NCBI GenBank assembly: GCA_963697895.1
Contig: OY969100.1
Location: 1,440,001 to 1,504,000, forward strand
Length of the DNA: 64,000 nucleotides
Reading direction: 5' to 3'
Source of the DNA: an uncultured Methanomicrobiales archaeon
GTDB lineage: Archaea > Halobacteriota > Methanomicrobia > Methanomicrobiales > Methanospirillaceae
Shown here one piece after another: positions 38,524 through 49,100 of the stretch (position 1 is the stretch's first letter; each line of letters opens with the position of its first letter). The notes under the pieces are model-generated. The model had not been told where the DNA came from, did no database searches, and worked only from the letters and a program-made list of their open reading frames with translations. Position numbers and translations under genes: made by a program.

Positions 38524-39492
38524 ATGGCGCCAGTACCCGCCCGCCTCAGGGAAGAGGCGGAGACGCTTACCCGATCATTATACGCACGAACCGCCCATGT
38601 CGTCCATCTGACTCACAATGACCTGGATGCAGTCGGTTCAGACGCCATTCACCGGATGAAATTCGGGGACGTCTTAACCCTGTGGAGCTCGGTCGGAAAA
38701 TACCCCTATTATCTTGATCAGATCGCGGGAGTACCGGGGAACGGTGACCTGATTAGCATAAGTGACCTCGGATTCCAGAAGGGTGCAGAACAACCCCTTC
38801 GCCGCGCGAAAAAGAATGGATGGAGGCTGGAATGGCGGGATCACCACCGGTGGCAGGATGATGAGATAGGTCTGGTCACCGGTCTGGCCAACCTGCTGCA
38901 CGTGGATGTCACCACCTGTGCCTGCGGCATCTGCGTCCGCGATCTCCAGCCTGATAACCCGGTTGCGGGTGAGGTTGCACGGGTTGTCTGCGACTATGAC
39001 CTCTGGCTGAATCGTGACCCCCGGGCTGCCGTTCTCGGTCAGGTTCTTCAGCGAAAGAAAAATCGTGAGCACGTCAGGGACTGTCTGATTGACGGGATCT
39101 TTTCTGATGATTTTATCGAGTGCGAATACCGGGACATACGGGAAGAGATGAATGCAATGATGGAAAAAAGTCTCCGGCATGCAGTGATCCGGAAAGGGAA
39201 GTACCGGATTGTATTTGCACCCCTCTACGGGTACCCCAGTGAGACTGCTGCATACATCAGAGAGAGGGAGGGGTCCGAAATCGAGGTGATCATATCCCCA
39301 GGAGGGCGGTTTTCACTCCGTTCCGTGCCCCCGATTAGTCATATCATCGCACGCGAGTTCCAGGGTGGAGGCCACCCCCACGCCGCGGGAGGGACTTTTC
39401 CCTTCTCGTTCTGGGACCGGCTCGCATTCCTGCTCTTCCGTAGGTCACGCTATTTCGATCACTTCGTATCAGTGGCTGAATCAAGCGTATAA
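38524..39492 (+). CDS. DHH/DHHA1 phosphoesterase (NanoRNase-like)
   Basis: THNDLDA, ISDL, RDHH, DYDLW, GGGHPHAAG. Confidence 0.88.
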   Translation: MAPVPARLREEAETLTRSLYARTAHVVHLTHNDLDAVGSDAIHRMKFGDVLTLWSSVGKYPYYLDQIAGVPGNGDLISISDLGFQKGAEQPLRRAKKNGWRLEWRDHHRWQDDEIGLVTGLANLLHVDVTTCACGICVRDLQPDNPVAGEVARVVCDYDLWLNRDPRAAVLGQVLQRKKNREHVRDCLIDGIFSDDFIECEYRDIREEMNAMMEKSLRHAVIRKGKYRIVFAPLYGYPSETAAYIREREGSEIEVIISPGGRFSLRSVPPISHIIAREFQGGGHPHAAGGTFPFSFWDRLAFLLFRRSRYFDHFVSVAESSV

Positions 39493-40271
39493 ACGGCTGA
39501 ATCTGCCACACTTTCCCAGTATTCCTGGCATCGGGATCTGCAGAAACCGCCGGCGTACACATGCTCCGGATCGAAATGCATGAGCACTGACCGTAATGCA
39601 TTTTCCTCCGGATCCACAAGAATAATATCTTTCACGATATATTCATCCATCAGGTCGATCACCAGTTTGAGCTTTTCTGGCTTAACCGCTATGGATTGAT
39701 GATGCTCGAGCAAATCCGCGAGATCAGATGCCCCAGGGCTTTCCTGAAAGAATATAAACTTCTGTCCCGTGAACATCTCCAGTTCAATGGGTTCCATGTG
39801 GTCACAGAGCAGGACGTGTCCCTTTACCCCCCTATCCCGCATAGACCGCATCATCCGAAGGAACTCACTTATAATCGCTCTCCGGGCTTCTTCTTCGTCA
39901 CCAAAGTAAGCATCCGTCAGCGTGAGCGTGTGTGGGGCGGGAATTGAAAACCACAGGTCTCCTTTCTTTCGAATTAAACCTTCAGCGTCATCACTGATCC
40001 GCAAAGGATCCCCCTCCAGCTCCCCGGTAATCACCCCCTCCTCTGTACCCCGAAGGCTTTCGAGGACGCGGTCCCGGTAAAACATTCCACCGGCACAGGG
40101 GATATCGATCCCTGCCTCAATCTGAGGTCCGAGTGATTGTTCCAGCATGAATGTCATTAAATCTCCCGCCCGTGGTTTTTGCTCCGATACCCATTCTGCC
40201 AGGGTCACGAGATCGGGGAATTCCACCTCAGAACCGAGCGATCTGGTCCGGAACTGCAGTTTTTTACCCAT
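39459..40271 (-). CDS. Hypothetical protein, degenerate methionine synthase (MetE core)/UROD-like barrel
   Basis: SLGSE..., QIEAGIDIPCAGG, IPAPHTL...YFGDEEE...MRDRGV resemble MetE C-terminal barrel motifs. Confidence 0.55.
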   Translation of the reverse strand: MGKKLQFRTRSLGSEVEFPDLVTLAEWVSEQKPRAGDLMTFMLEQSLGPQIEAGIDIPCAGGMFYRDRVLESLRGTEEGVITGELEGDPLRISDDAEGLIRKKGDLWFSIPAPHTLTLTDAYFGDEEEARRAIISEFLRMMRSMRDRGVKGHVLLCDHMEPIELEMFTGQKFIFFQESPGASDLADLLEHHQSIAVKPEKLKLVIDLMDEYIVKDIILVDPEENALRSVLMHFDPEHVYAGGFCRSRCQEYWESVADSAVYTLDSATDTK

Positions 40272-40313
40272 ATTCATCACGTTATTTATACCAGCCCGGC
40301 TAAAATCATATTG

Positions 40314-42305
40314 ATGCCGGATGCACCCATACTGATAACCTGCGGGTTGCCGTATACCAACGGACCTTGTCACATCGGCCATCTCAGGACTTATGTCCCG
40401 GCCGATTTTTATGTCAGGTACCTGAGACATAAAGGGGAACAGGTGTTATTTATCTGTGGGTCTGACAACCACGGGACACCGGTAGTCGTAGGCGCCGAAC
40501 AGGCCGGCGTTTCTCCGCGGGAATTCTGCGAACGGTTTCACAAGCATTTCTATGACACATTCCGGCGAGTGCATATTCATTTTGATCATTTCGGGATGAC
40601 AGACAACCCGACCAACCACAAACGGACCAGATCTATGGTCAGTACGCTCATCAAGAACGGATATGTGTATTCCCAGATTGTTCAGCAGAGCTACTGTACC
40701 CGATGTGCACGCTTTCTCCCCGATCGCTATGTCGAGGGAATATGCCCGTATTGCGGGGTTCCTGCACGGGGGGATGAGTGTGACCAGGGGTGCGGAAGGC
40801 ACCTGGAACCCGGAGAAGTGCTTGAGCCCACATGCGGAATATGCGGGGGTGCAGCGGAAAACAGGGAGCAGGAGCACTATTTCTTTAAATTAAGTGAATT
40901 TAAAGAATTTCTCCTCGCATATCTCGAAACCCTGGGGGGGACAATCAACGCTCGGAATTATGCGATTGGCTGGGTTAAGGATGAACTTCGTGACTGGTGC
41001 ATAACCCGGACTCTTGAATGGGGGGTGAAATTTCCCGGGCGTGATGACCTGGTCGTGTACGTGTGGGTGGATGCACCGATCGGGTATATCTCCTTTACCG
41101 AGGAATGGGGGAAAATGACCGGAAATGACTGGAGATCATACTGGTGTAACGATACGAACGTCACCCATTTCATCGGCGGGGATATCATCTACCATCATTG
41201 CATTTTCTGGCCCGCTTTGCTGAAGGCGGCAGGATATGGAACGCCGCATGCGGTCGTTGCAAGTGGTATGGTAAAGGTAGACGACCATAAGTTCTCAAAA
41301 TCGAGAGGATATGTGGTATGGGCAAATGACGATTACCTGGACCAGGGGTTACCTGCTGATTATCTCCGCTATTATCTCCTTTCTTACACAAATCATACAA
41401 AAGAGCTGAACTTTTCGTGGAAGATATTCCAGGAGAGGGTAAATAACGAGCTCGTCAATACGCTCGGCAATTTCATTTACCGTACCTTATATTTTGCTCA
41501 CAAAGAATTCGGGGGGATACCGGAGGGAGAGACTGCCGGGGAGATCCAGGATCAGGTAACGGAAACACTCCGCCTTATCGAAGATGCGGTGAAGGTGTAC
41601 GAATTCAAGACTGCCATTGATACGATGATGGCCCTTGCTGCATCCGGGAATACCTATATACAGATGAATGCACCGTGGAAGCTGGTTAAATCTGATCCCG
41701 ATAAAGCAAAACGTGTAATCAGGAACTGTCTTGCCATTGTACAAGCACTCACCCTCATCATCGAACCGGTGATGCCGGAAAAAAGCCAGATTATCTGGGA
41801 GATGCTCGGTCATACTGACCAGATAGGAGAGCACCTGCTCAAAGAATCCCTCGACCCACTTCCCGCAGGGCCCCTGCCGGTGCCGCGACCGGTCTTCGAA
41901 AAGATGGATGATACCCGGATCGATGAACTGGACCGGTTGCTCATGAAACGTGTGGAGTCAGCTTCACGAACGGTGGTCAAACCGCAGGAGATCGTTTCGA
42001 TCGATGAATTCTGTCGTATGGATATCAGGATAGGAAAGATTGTGCAAGCCGAACCGGTGCCGAAATCCAAAAAACTACTCAGGCTCATTGTGGATATCGG
42101 AACCGAAAAAAGACAGATTGTCGCCGGTATTGCGATGTTTTACGATCCCGGGGAAATTGTCGGGCAGGAAGTTGCGGTCCTGGTGAATCTCGCCCCTGCG
42201 ACCATCTTCGGGGTGGAAAGTAATGGCATGATCCTTGCTGCCGGTGACACCGCCTCGCTTCTCGTACCCGTGCGGGGAGTTGAGCCCGGAACCAGGATCC
42301 GTTAG
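40314..42305 (+). CDS. metG: Methionyl-tRNA synthetase with C-terminal tRNA-binding domain
   Basis: LPYTNGPCHIGH, zinc knuckles, YVWVDA, KFSKSRG, C-terminal OB fold. Confidence 0.97.
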   Translation: MPDAPILITCGLPYTNGPCHIGHLRTYVPADFYVRYLRHKGEQVLFICGSDNHGTPVVVGAEQAGVSPREFCERFHKHFYDTFRRVHIHFDHFGMTDNPTNHKRTRSMVSTLIKNGYVYSQIVQQSYCTRCARFLPDRYVEGICPYCGVPARGDECDQGCGRHLEPGEVLEPTCGICGGAAENREQEHYFFKLSEFKEFLLAYLETLGGTINARNYAIGWVKDELRDWCITRTLEWGVKFPGRDDLVVYVWVDAPIGYISFTEEWGKMTGNDWRSYWCNDTNVTHFIGGDIIYHHCIFWPALLKAAGYGTPHAVVASGMVKVDDHKFSKSRGYVVWANDDYLDQGLPADYLRYYLLSYTNHTKELNFSWKIFQERVNNELVNTLGNFIYRTLYFAHKEFGGIPEGETAGEIQDQVTETLRLIEDAVKVYEFKTAIDTMMALAASGNTYIQMNAPWKLVKSDPDKAKRVIRNCLAIVQALTLIIEPVMPEKSQIIWEMLGHTDQIGEHLLKESLDPLPAGPLPVPRPVFEKMDDTRIDELDRLLMKRVESASRTVVKPQEIVSIDEFCRMDIRIGKIVQAEPVPKSKKLLRLIVDIGTEKRQIVAGIAMFYDPGEIVGQEVAVLVNLAPATIFGVESNGMILAAGDTASLLVPVRGVEPGTRIR

Positions 42306-42388
42306 GATTCTTCGGAGGGGTCTATTTTCGTGGAAGAAAACAGAGAGAGCCCGGAATCCCGGCCTGGTTCACCGGTCTCATTCTCGGG

Positions 42389-42975
42389 CTATTCCCTTTC
42401 CCGCGCATTTCTTATGGCTGCCATGACCTTGGGAGATCTCTCCCGGATCTCTGCTTCTTCAATGCTTTTTTCGCGAAATCACCTCCAATCGCTCCGAGAG
42501 ACTCGGCCGCCACCTTTCTCACAAATTCATTTTCGTCCTTCAGTGATCTGATGAGGGGCTCCACGGCTTCCATCGCACGCAATTTTCCGAGTGATTTTGC
42601 TGCCATGTAGCGTACATGGTCTTTTTCGTCACCTAACAATAGAATGAGGGCGGATATGGAGTCCGTTTCAGGGATCATGCCCAAGGCCTCTGCCGCACGG
42701 TATCTGACCCTCCAGTCTGCATGGTTGTTCAGCATCGTGAGACGGGGAACGGCTGGTTTACCGAGCTCTCCGAGCGCTTTTGCAGCCTGTGCACGGACGC
42801 CCTTATCCCTATCGGAGAGCGCCTTCACGAGTATGTCAATATTATTCGGATCCTGTTCTGATCCAAGAAGCAAAACAGAATATCTCCGTATATGGGGGTC
42901 CGGACTATTCAGGACGGCATAGGTCAGACCTTCATTTCCCTGTTCAAGGGAATCCACAGATTTGTAATCAGCCAT
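42389..42975 (-). CDS. HEAT/PBS-lyase repeat protein; probable 1-nt deletion near 42455
   Basis: Repeated VR..AA..LG motifs; corrected C-terminus ...EEAEIRERSPKVMAAIRNARERE* (track ORF 42412-42990). Confidence 0.8.
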
Positions 42976-43049
42976 TATTCCCAACTTCAAATGCAGGTTT
43001 CTCCTCTGTCTCTTTTATACTCTCCTCACAATCCTGTTGCTGATGAGAA

Positions 43050-43238
43050 TCATTTCGCAAGACCGAGCCAGATCAAAAAGAGGCCAAATCCTATGAATAT
43101 TACCGTTATCGGGATCGGAAGGGGCGGAAATCCATGAATAACCAGAGGTAACACACCAAAGAGGATAATTAGTATGCCAAGGCCGATTATGGGAATGCCG
43201 CTTTCCACACCAAATATTCCGCAGGACTCCTTTTGCAT
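43050..43238 (-). CDS. Small two-TM membrane protein
   Basis: MQKESCGIFG... followed by two hydrophobic helices separated by PPLP. Confidence 0.65.
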   Translation of the reverse strand: MQKESCGIFGVESGIPIIGLGILIILFGVLPLVIHGFPPLPIPITVIFIGFGLFLIWLGLAK

Positions 43239-43701
43239 TCTGGCAAGAGAGTGTTTGCATTGATTCCTCTTAACTTTTAATGACCCGATATTCTCTGTGC
43301 ACATGAGAATGTGGAAAGAGGTTGGTTCCGACCATGCAGGGCCTGTCAGGGCCCCCCTCTTCATCGGTGTCGACAGGTGAGATGTTGCCCCCCCTCACGA
43401 TTAAATCGCATCCGATCATACTTATTGTATAGCAGTATTTGGTTTATAAAAAATTGAGACACAGATTAAAAGAATTTGGTGCACGCTGAAACAATACCTC
43501 AACATAGGATATGAAACGTCTGTAAGCGAACAATATTATTTCAATCTGTAGTGCAATCATCTTTTAAACTGCGTTTAGGGATGGAGACTCATTAACCCTG
43601 ATTTGTTTTCCGTACGAACTTTCAACAATTCCAACAGGACTGGGATGGTTCCGGCAGTTTCCTCAGGGAAATGATTGTAACGATCCGACGACCGGGTGCA
43701 C

Positions 43702-43741
43702 TTAACAAACTGTATTGCAATTTAACAAACTGCATTGCAAT
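43702..43741. repeat. 20-bp tandem direct repeat (TTAACAAACTG[T/C]ATTGCAAT x2)
   Basis: Two adjacent copies with one mismatch, each containing the palindrome ATTGCAAT. Confidence 0.85.
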
Positions 43742-43938
43742 TGAAAATCCATTGGATGCCCGCAGTACCCATGCATAAAATCTTATGATCAAAAAAATGA
43801 TGAGGACCACATATTTCCATCGATTTCGTTTCTTATTCGGCACCCCACTGCTTTCGAATATATCTGAAACAGTACACCGATATTGATAAAAGATTAATAT
43901 TTTTTCTATCGCGATAAATATAATTTTATCTCGTTCCG

Positions 43939-44817
43939 TTAACAGAAACCTTTCAGAGAATATTGCAGAAAGAACGGGAACGGTATCGTCATCTGATTCC
44001 CATAATTAATGGGCATCACCTGTTTATCTGTGAGTGCCATCGTGATGGGTTTTCCATTGACCACGGTTGGAACCGATGCCGCATATTCATAATACGGTTG
44101 GTATGGGGTACCAACGTACACTGCTGGACTCGTCGCAGGATAGGATGCCTGGACCGGATATGTATTTACATACGGCATCGTGATTACCGGCTGAAGAATT
44201 TTCGGTATCCCTAATCCCTGATCAGATTTGGCCGGAGATTGAACAGGAGTGCTGCTACTCCCCATAACAGGCGCAGATGCAGTGCCACCAGACGTTTCGG
44301 ACGACGATGGTTGACCGGTAACCACAATGTAATCCGGTTTGACAATGCCTGCCGCCACGATAGATTCTGTCGTTCCCTCCTTCGTGTACCTCTTGGCCAT
44401 GAACGTTACCGAATAATTTCCCGGGAATGTATAGGTGTGCGTTGGGTTCTGGAGGGCTGAGTTGGTACCGTCGCCAAATTCCCATCCCCAGATGTTCGGG
44501 CTCCCCGATGATGTATCCGTGAACTGGACGGTAAGAGGTACGCTACCGGCTGTTTTGTCCGCGGTGAAACTTGCCTTTACCGTACCTGTGGGATCAGAGA
44601 TGACTGTGTCCCCGGTATCGGTATCAATGCCCGGGATTGGTGTACAGAATCCCGATTCTTCGAAGGGGCAAAGACATGCACAGGGATCTGTTTCTTCGTT
44701 ATGATCTTTGTGATCTTTTTTGTCATGACATGAGCACGAAGCCGCAGTTGCCAGAGAGACACAGATTACCATTCCGACAAATAGAATAAGTATTAACCTT
44801 TTAATCATGATGTTCAT
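43939..44817 (-). CDS. Secreted PKD-domain protein with Cys/His-rich N-terminus
   Basis: Signal peptide, SCSCH...CACLCP, PKD core FTDTSSG...WEFGDG...QNPTHTY. Confidence 0.85.
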   Translation of the reverse strand: MNIMIKRLILILFVGMVICVSLATAASCSCHDKKDHKDHNEETDPCACLCPFEESGFCTPIPGIDTDTGDTVISDPTGTVKASFTADKTAGSVPLTVQFTDTSSGSPNIWGWEFGDGTNSALQNPTHTYTFPGNYSVTFMAKRYTKEGTTESIVAAGIVKPDYIVVTGQPSSSETSGGTASAPVMGSSSTPVQSPAKSDQGLGIPKILQPVITMPYVNTYPVQASYPATSPAVYVGTPYQPYYEYAASVPTVVNGKPITMALTDKQVMPINYGNQMTIPFPFFLQYSLKGFC

Positions 44818-45258
44818 CCTTCCCGATCAAGATAGGGAATACACGATCGATAAAATATATCTCTCTATCCTCATAACACATCTCACGAAAAGCTTTGATT
44901 TTTTTTTTGGATGGGAAACATTTTATCGATCACGATAGAATAACATTTTTTCCCAAAATTAAAAAAGGATATGCTTAATGAGTAATGATTTCTTTTCAAA
45001 CCTCGAAAGGCTGACCAAAGACCCGGCCTTCCGACGCATCTCATCATTTTATGTCCATCCCAGAAGGAAAAAATTCGTTAATGGAATACCGGATGCCCGG
45101 GCACTGAGCTGGCAACATTGTATGTGCAGTTTATCATTTAGGATCGGGGACTAGGTATCAGGGATTCTCTATCAAGGGTGCTCCCAACCCCCAGATACCC
45201 CGAAATTGACCGTATTTTCTCTCAAATGAGGGATAAGTATCATCGTTCGGTCGGACCT

Positions 45259-45748
45259 CTGAACACCCTGCCTCATAATAACGATTTAATCACCTTAATC
45301 ATGAAAATAACCCTTTTTATCCGAAATAACGGGTGCTTAATAGCGCGGTTCACCAAGACGGGTGATGGCAGAAGGTATGACCGGTCGACCGGGCAGGCGA
45401 TCGCTTCGGGAAACCTTAAGAAATCGGGTGTTACGGGCCGATTTTCTCCAGTGCGATAGCGTCCCCGGATAGTGAAAGTAGGTCTCTCATCGTGAAAATA
45501 ACCTTCAATTGCGCTCTGTTTCCGGTAAGTGTGATCTCGATTTCCTGTTTACCTGAATGCCCTGAACACGCGCACAAAAATCGCCTGTTTAATCACTTAT
45601 TCCTCGAAAAGAAAGGGGATAATTGGGATAAAAAGGTGCTTAATAGCACGATTTACCGGAGGAGTGATAGTTGGAGATATAACGGTCGATCAGGCAGGAG
45701 ATCGTGCCAGGGAACCCCCATGGATCGGGCGTTAAACAGCCGGATTTC
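45259..45748. repeat. Two degenerate copies (about 190 bp, period about 302 bp) of a probably non-coding element
   Basis: Colinear shared blocks CTGAACAC, TTTAATCAC, GGTGCTTAATAGCRCGRTTYACC, CGGTCGA, GGCAGG.GATCG, ATCGGGYGTTA at about 45259-45446 and 45562-45748. Confidence 0.75.
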
Positions 45749-46150
45749 GGTAAATTGGATGGGTTATAAGCAACGGGACCCAGGGGATTCCCGAAGAGAG
45801 CCACTGGGGACGGCAGGAGAAAAACACTCTGATCGGTTAATGCTGTCAGGGCCGCCTTGCTTAGACTTCACGGTTTTCAAAGTGGATCCCGTTTTTCCAG
45901 ATTTTCAATCTTCCCGTCATGTTATCCTTCTCTTATCAAATTATTATCATTCGTTTGAATCTCAGTTTGGGAAAATTGATCTGGTCTACCAAGTACCACT
46001 ATCGAACGAAAGGGGAACGGGATATTATTATTTTTGGCGATCCATTGAACAACGGCCATGATTTGATGATGAGGGTAACCTCGAATAAGTGAAATGTTTG
46101 CTGTCTTGTGTAAATTTAATCCGACAAAAAAAGATCGGAGATGATGGACG

Positions 46151-49100
46151 TTATACCTTCACCGATTTCTTGTAGGATACCCAGTAGGTGCTTCCGTCGC
46201 ATCTCATCCCCTTAACGTTCTCGGTCACCGTGTATGTCCCCGATCTCGCATATATGTTCTGAGGATTTCTCAATTGACTCGTACGTCCGTCACCGAAACT
46301 CCAGAACCACTGAACAGGGTTCCCGGTTGAGGTATCCGTAAAAGTAACCGTCCTACCGGAGTTCGATGTGGTAAAGAATGCAAATGTCGGGCAGGAACAG
46401 CAGCTGGTATTCTGCAGGTTACCAAAGTCTCTTCCTGTCACGTTCAGGTTTGTACAGTTAATTTCAACAGGATACAGGTTACCTGCGGGTTTCGTCTGCG
46501 TCCATCCGGATTGCAGGGTCTCTGACAGGTTGTATCTACCCCAGGAAATGTTTACAAACGCGAATGATCCATCAGCCCCGGTTGTCTTCGTGGCATAGAT
46601 TGTCCCGTTCGGGTATCTGAGATTAATAACCCACCCGGATAGTCCGCCTTCATTGACATCCCTGACGCCATTTCCGTTCAGGTCATTGAATTTAATTCCT
46701 GTGATGTTCCCCAGCAGTTGCTTGTTTGTGAAGTTGATCCCCGTTGCATTCGTGCAGGTCAGCGTAACATTCCGGCATGTCGGAGTCACATTCGTCCAGC
46801 CGCACAATACTTCTTCGCAGACGGTGTAACTGCCCGGAGACAGGCCGCAGACCTGATACTTGCCGGTCGCATCCGTCACATTTGTTCCTATGATGCCCCC
46901 AGTGCTGTTTCTCAACGTGATGTTCCAGCCTGACAGCCCCTGACCTGTCAGGCTATTGAGCTTGTACCCGCTGATACACATCAGCTGGGTGTTCGTGAAG
47001 TTCTGGTTCGTCAGGTTCGTATTACAGACCAGCGTTACCGGGTTCGAAGGTCCGGGACCCGCCTGGTAGCCGGGCTTCAGGGTCTCGGTTAGGTTGTACT
47101 GCCCGGGTACCAGACCGCAGAACTGATAATAGCCGGTTGCATTTGTCGTGGTACTGTTGGTATATGTCCCATTCGTCAGGGTGATGTTCCAGCCGGGGAG
47201 TCCCAGCTTGGTACAGTTGTCCAGCTTGTATCCGCTGATACACATCAGCTGGATGTTCGTGAAGTTCTGGTTCGTCAGGTTCGTATTACAGACCAGCGTT
47301 ACCGGGTTCGAAGGTCCGGGACCCGCCTGGTAGCCGGGCTTCAGGGTCTCGCTCAGGTTGTACTGCCCGGGTACCAGACCGCAGAACTGATAATAGCCGG
47401 TTGCATTTGTCGTGGTACTGTTGGTATATGTCCCATTCGTCAGGGTGATGTTCCAGCCGGGGAGTCCCAGCTTGGTACAGTTGTCCAGCTTGTATCCGCT
47501 GATACACATCAGCTGGATGTTCGTGAAGTTCTGGTTCGTCAGGTTCTGGTTGCAGACCAGCGTCACCGGGTTTGCCGGGCCGGTACCTGACTGGTAACCA
47601 TCCTTCAGGGTCTCGGTCAGGTTATACTGTCCGGGCACTAATCTGCAGAACTGGTAATAGCCGGTTGCATTCGTCGTGGTACTGTTGGTATATGTCCCAT
47701 TCGTCAGGGTGATGCTCCAGCCGGGGAGTCCCAGCTTGGTACAGTTGTCCAGCTTGTATCCGCTGATACACATCAGCTGGATGTTCGTGAAGTTCTGGTT
47801 CGTCAGGTTCGTATTACAGACCAGCGTTACCGGGTTCGAAGGTCCGGTACCTGACTGGTAACCATCCTTCAGGGTCTCGCTCAGGTTGTACTGTCCGGGC
47901 ACTAATCCGCAGAACTGGTAATAGCCAGTTGCATTTGTCGTGGTACTGTTGGTATATGTCCCATTGGTCAGGGTGATGTTCCAGCCGGGGAGTCCCAGCT
48001 TGGTACAGTTGTCCAGCTTGTACCCGCTGATACACATCAGCTGGATGTTCGTGAAGTTCTGATTCGTCAGGTTCTCGCTGCAGAGCAGCGTCACCGGGTT
48101 TGCCGGGCCGGTTCCCGCCTGGTAACCATCCTTCAGGGTCTCGCTCAGGTTGTACTGTCCGGGCACTAATCCGCAGAACTGGTAATAGCCGGTTGCATTC
48201 GTCGTGGTACTGTTGGTATATGTCCCGTTCGTCAGGGTGATGTTCCAGCCGGGGAGTCCCAGCTTGGTACAGTTGTCCAGCTTGTACCCGCTGATACACA
48301 TCAGCTGGATGTTCGTGAAGTTCTGGTTCGTCAGGTTCTCGCTGCATAGCAGCGTCACCGGGTTCGAAGGTCCGGTACCTGACTGGTAACCATCCTTCAG
48401 GGTCTCGCTCAGGTTATACTGTCCGGGCACTAATCCGCAGAACTGGTAATAGCCAGTTGCATTTGTCGTGGTACTGTTGGTATATGTCCCGTTCGTCAGG
48501 GTGATGTTCCAGCCGGGGAGTCCCAGTCTGGTACAGTCGTCCAGCTTGTACCCGCTGATACACATCAGCTGGATGTTCGTGAAGTTCTGGTTCGTCAGGT
48601 TCTCGTTACAGGTCAGTGTTATCGGACCAGGGGCGTCTCCCGCCTCGTAGCCATCCTTCAGGATCTCGGTCAGGTTGTAGTTCCCAGGAATCAATCCACA
48701 GAACTGGTAATAGCCGGAATTATCGGTCACATTTGTGTCAATTATAGCCCCAGTGCTGTTCCTCAGAGTTATGTTCCACCCCGGGAGGCCTAACTTGGTA
48801 CAGTTGTCCAGCTTGTACCCGCTGATGCAGAGGAGTTTGGTGTTTGTGAAGTTCTGCGGGCCCAGCTCCTCGTTGCACGTAAGCGTGAAGTTGGCCGGAG
48901 ATGCTCCTGCCTGGTACCCGTCCTTCAGCTCCTCGCTCAGGTTATACTCGATCCCCGGCAATAAGCCGCAGATCTGGTAGTAACCCGTTGCATTTGTCGT
49001 CGTCTGGTTCACGAATGTCCCGGTGCTGTTCCGCAACGTGATGTTCCAGCCGGGCAGGCCGGTACCGTTACAGTCCAGCTTGTACCCGTCGACACAGAGG

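Noticed and set aside
45178-46061. ORFs 45178-45459 and 45492-46061 as real genes
   Set aside because: No recognisable motifs, and the duplicated DNA they cover is read in different frames in the two copies.
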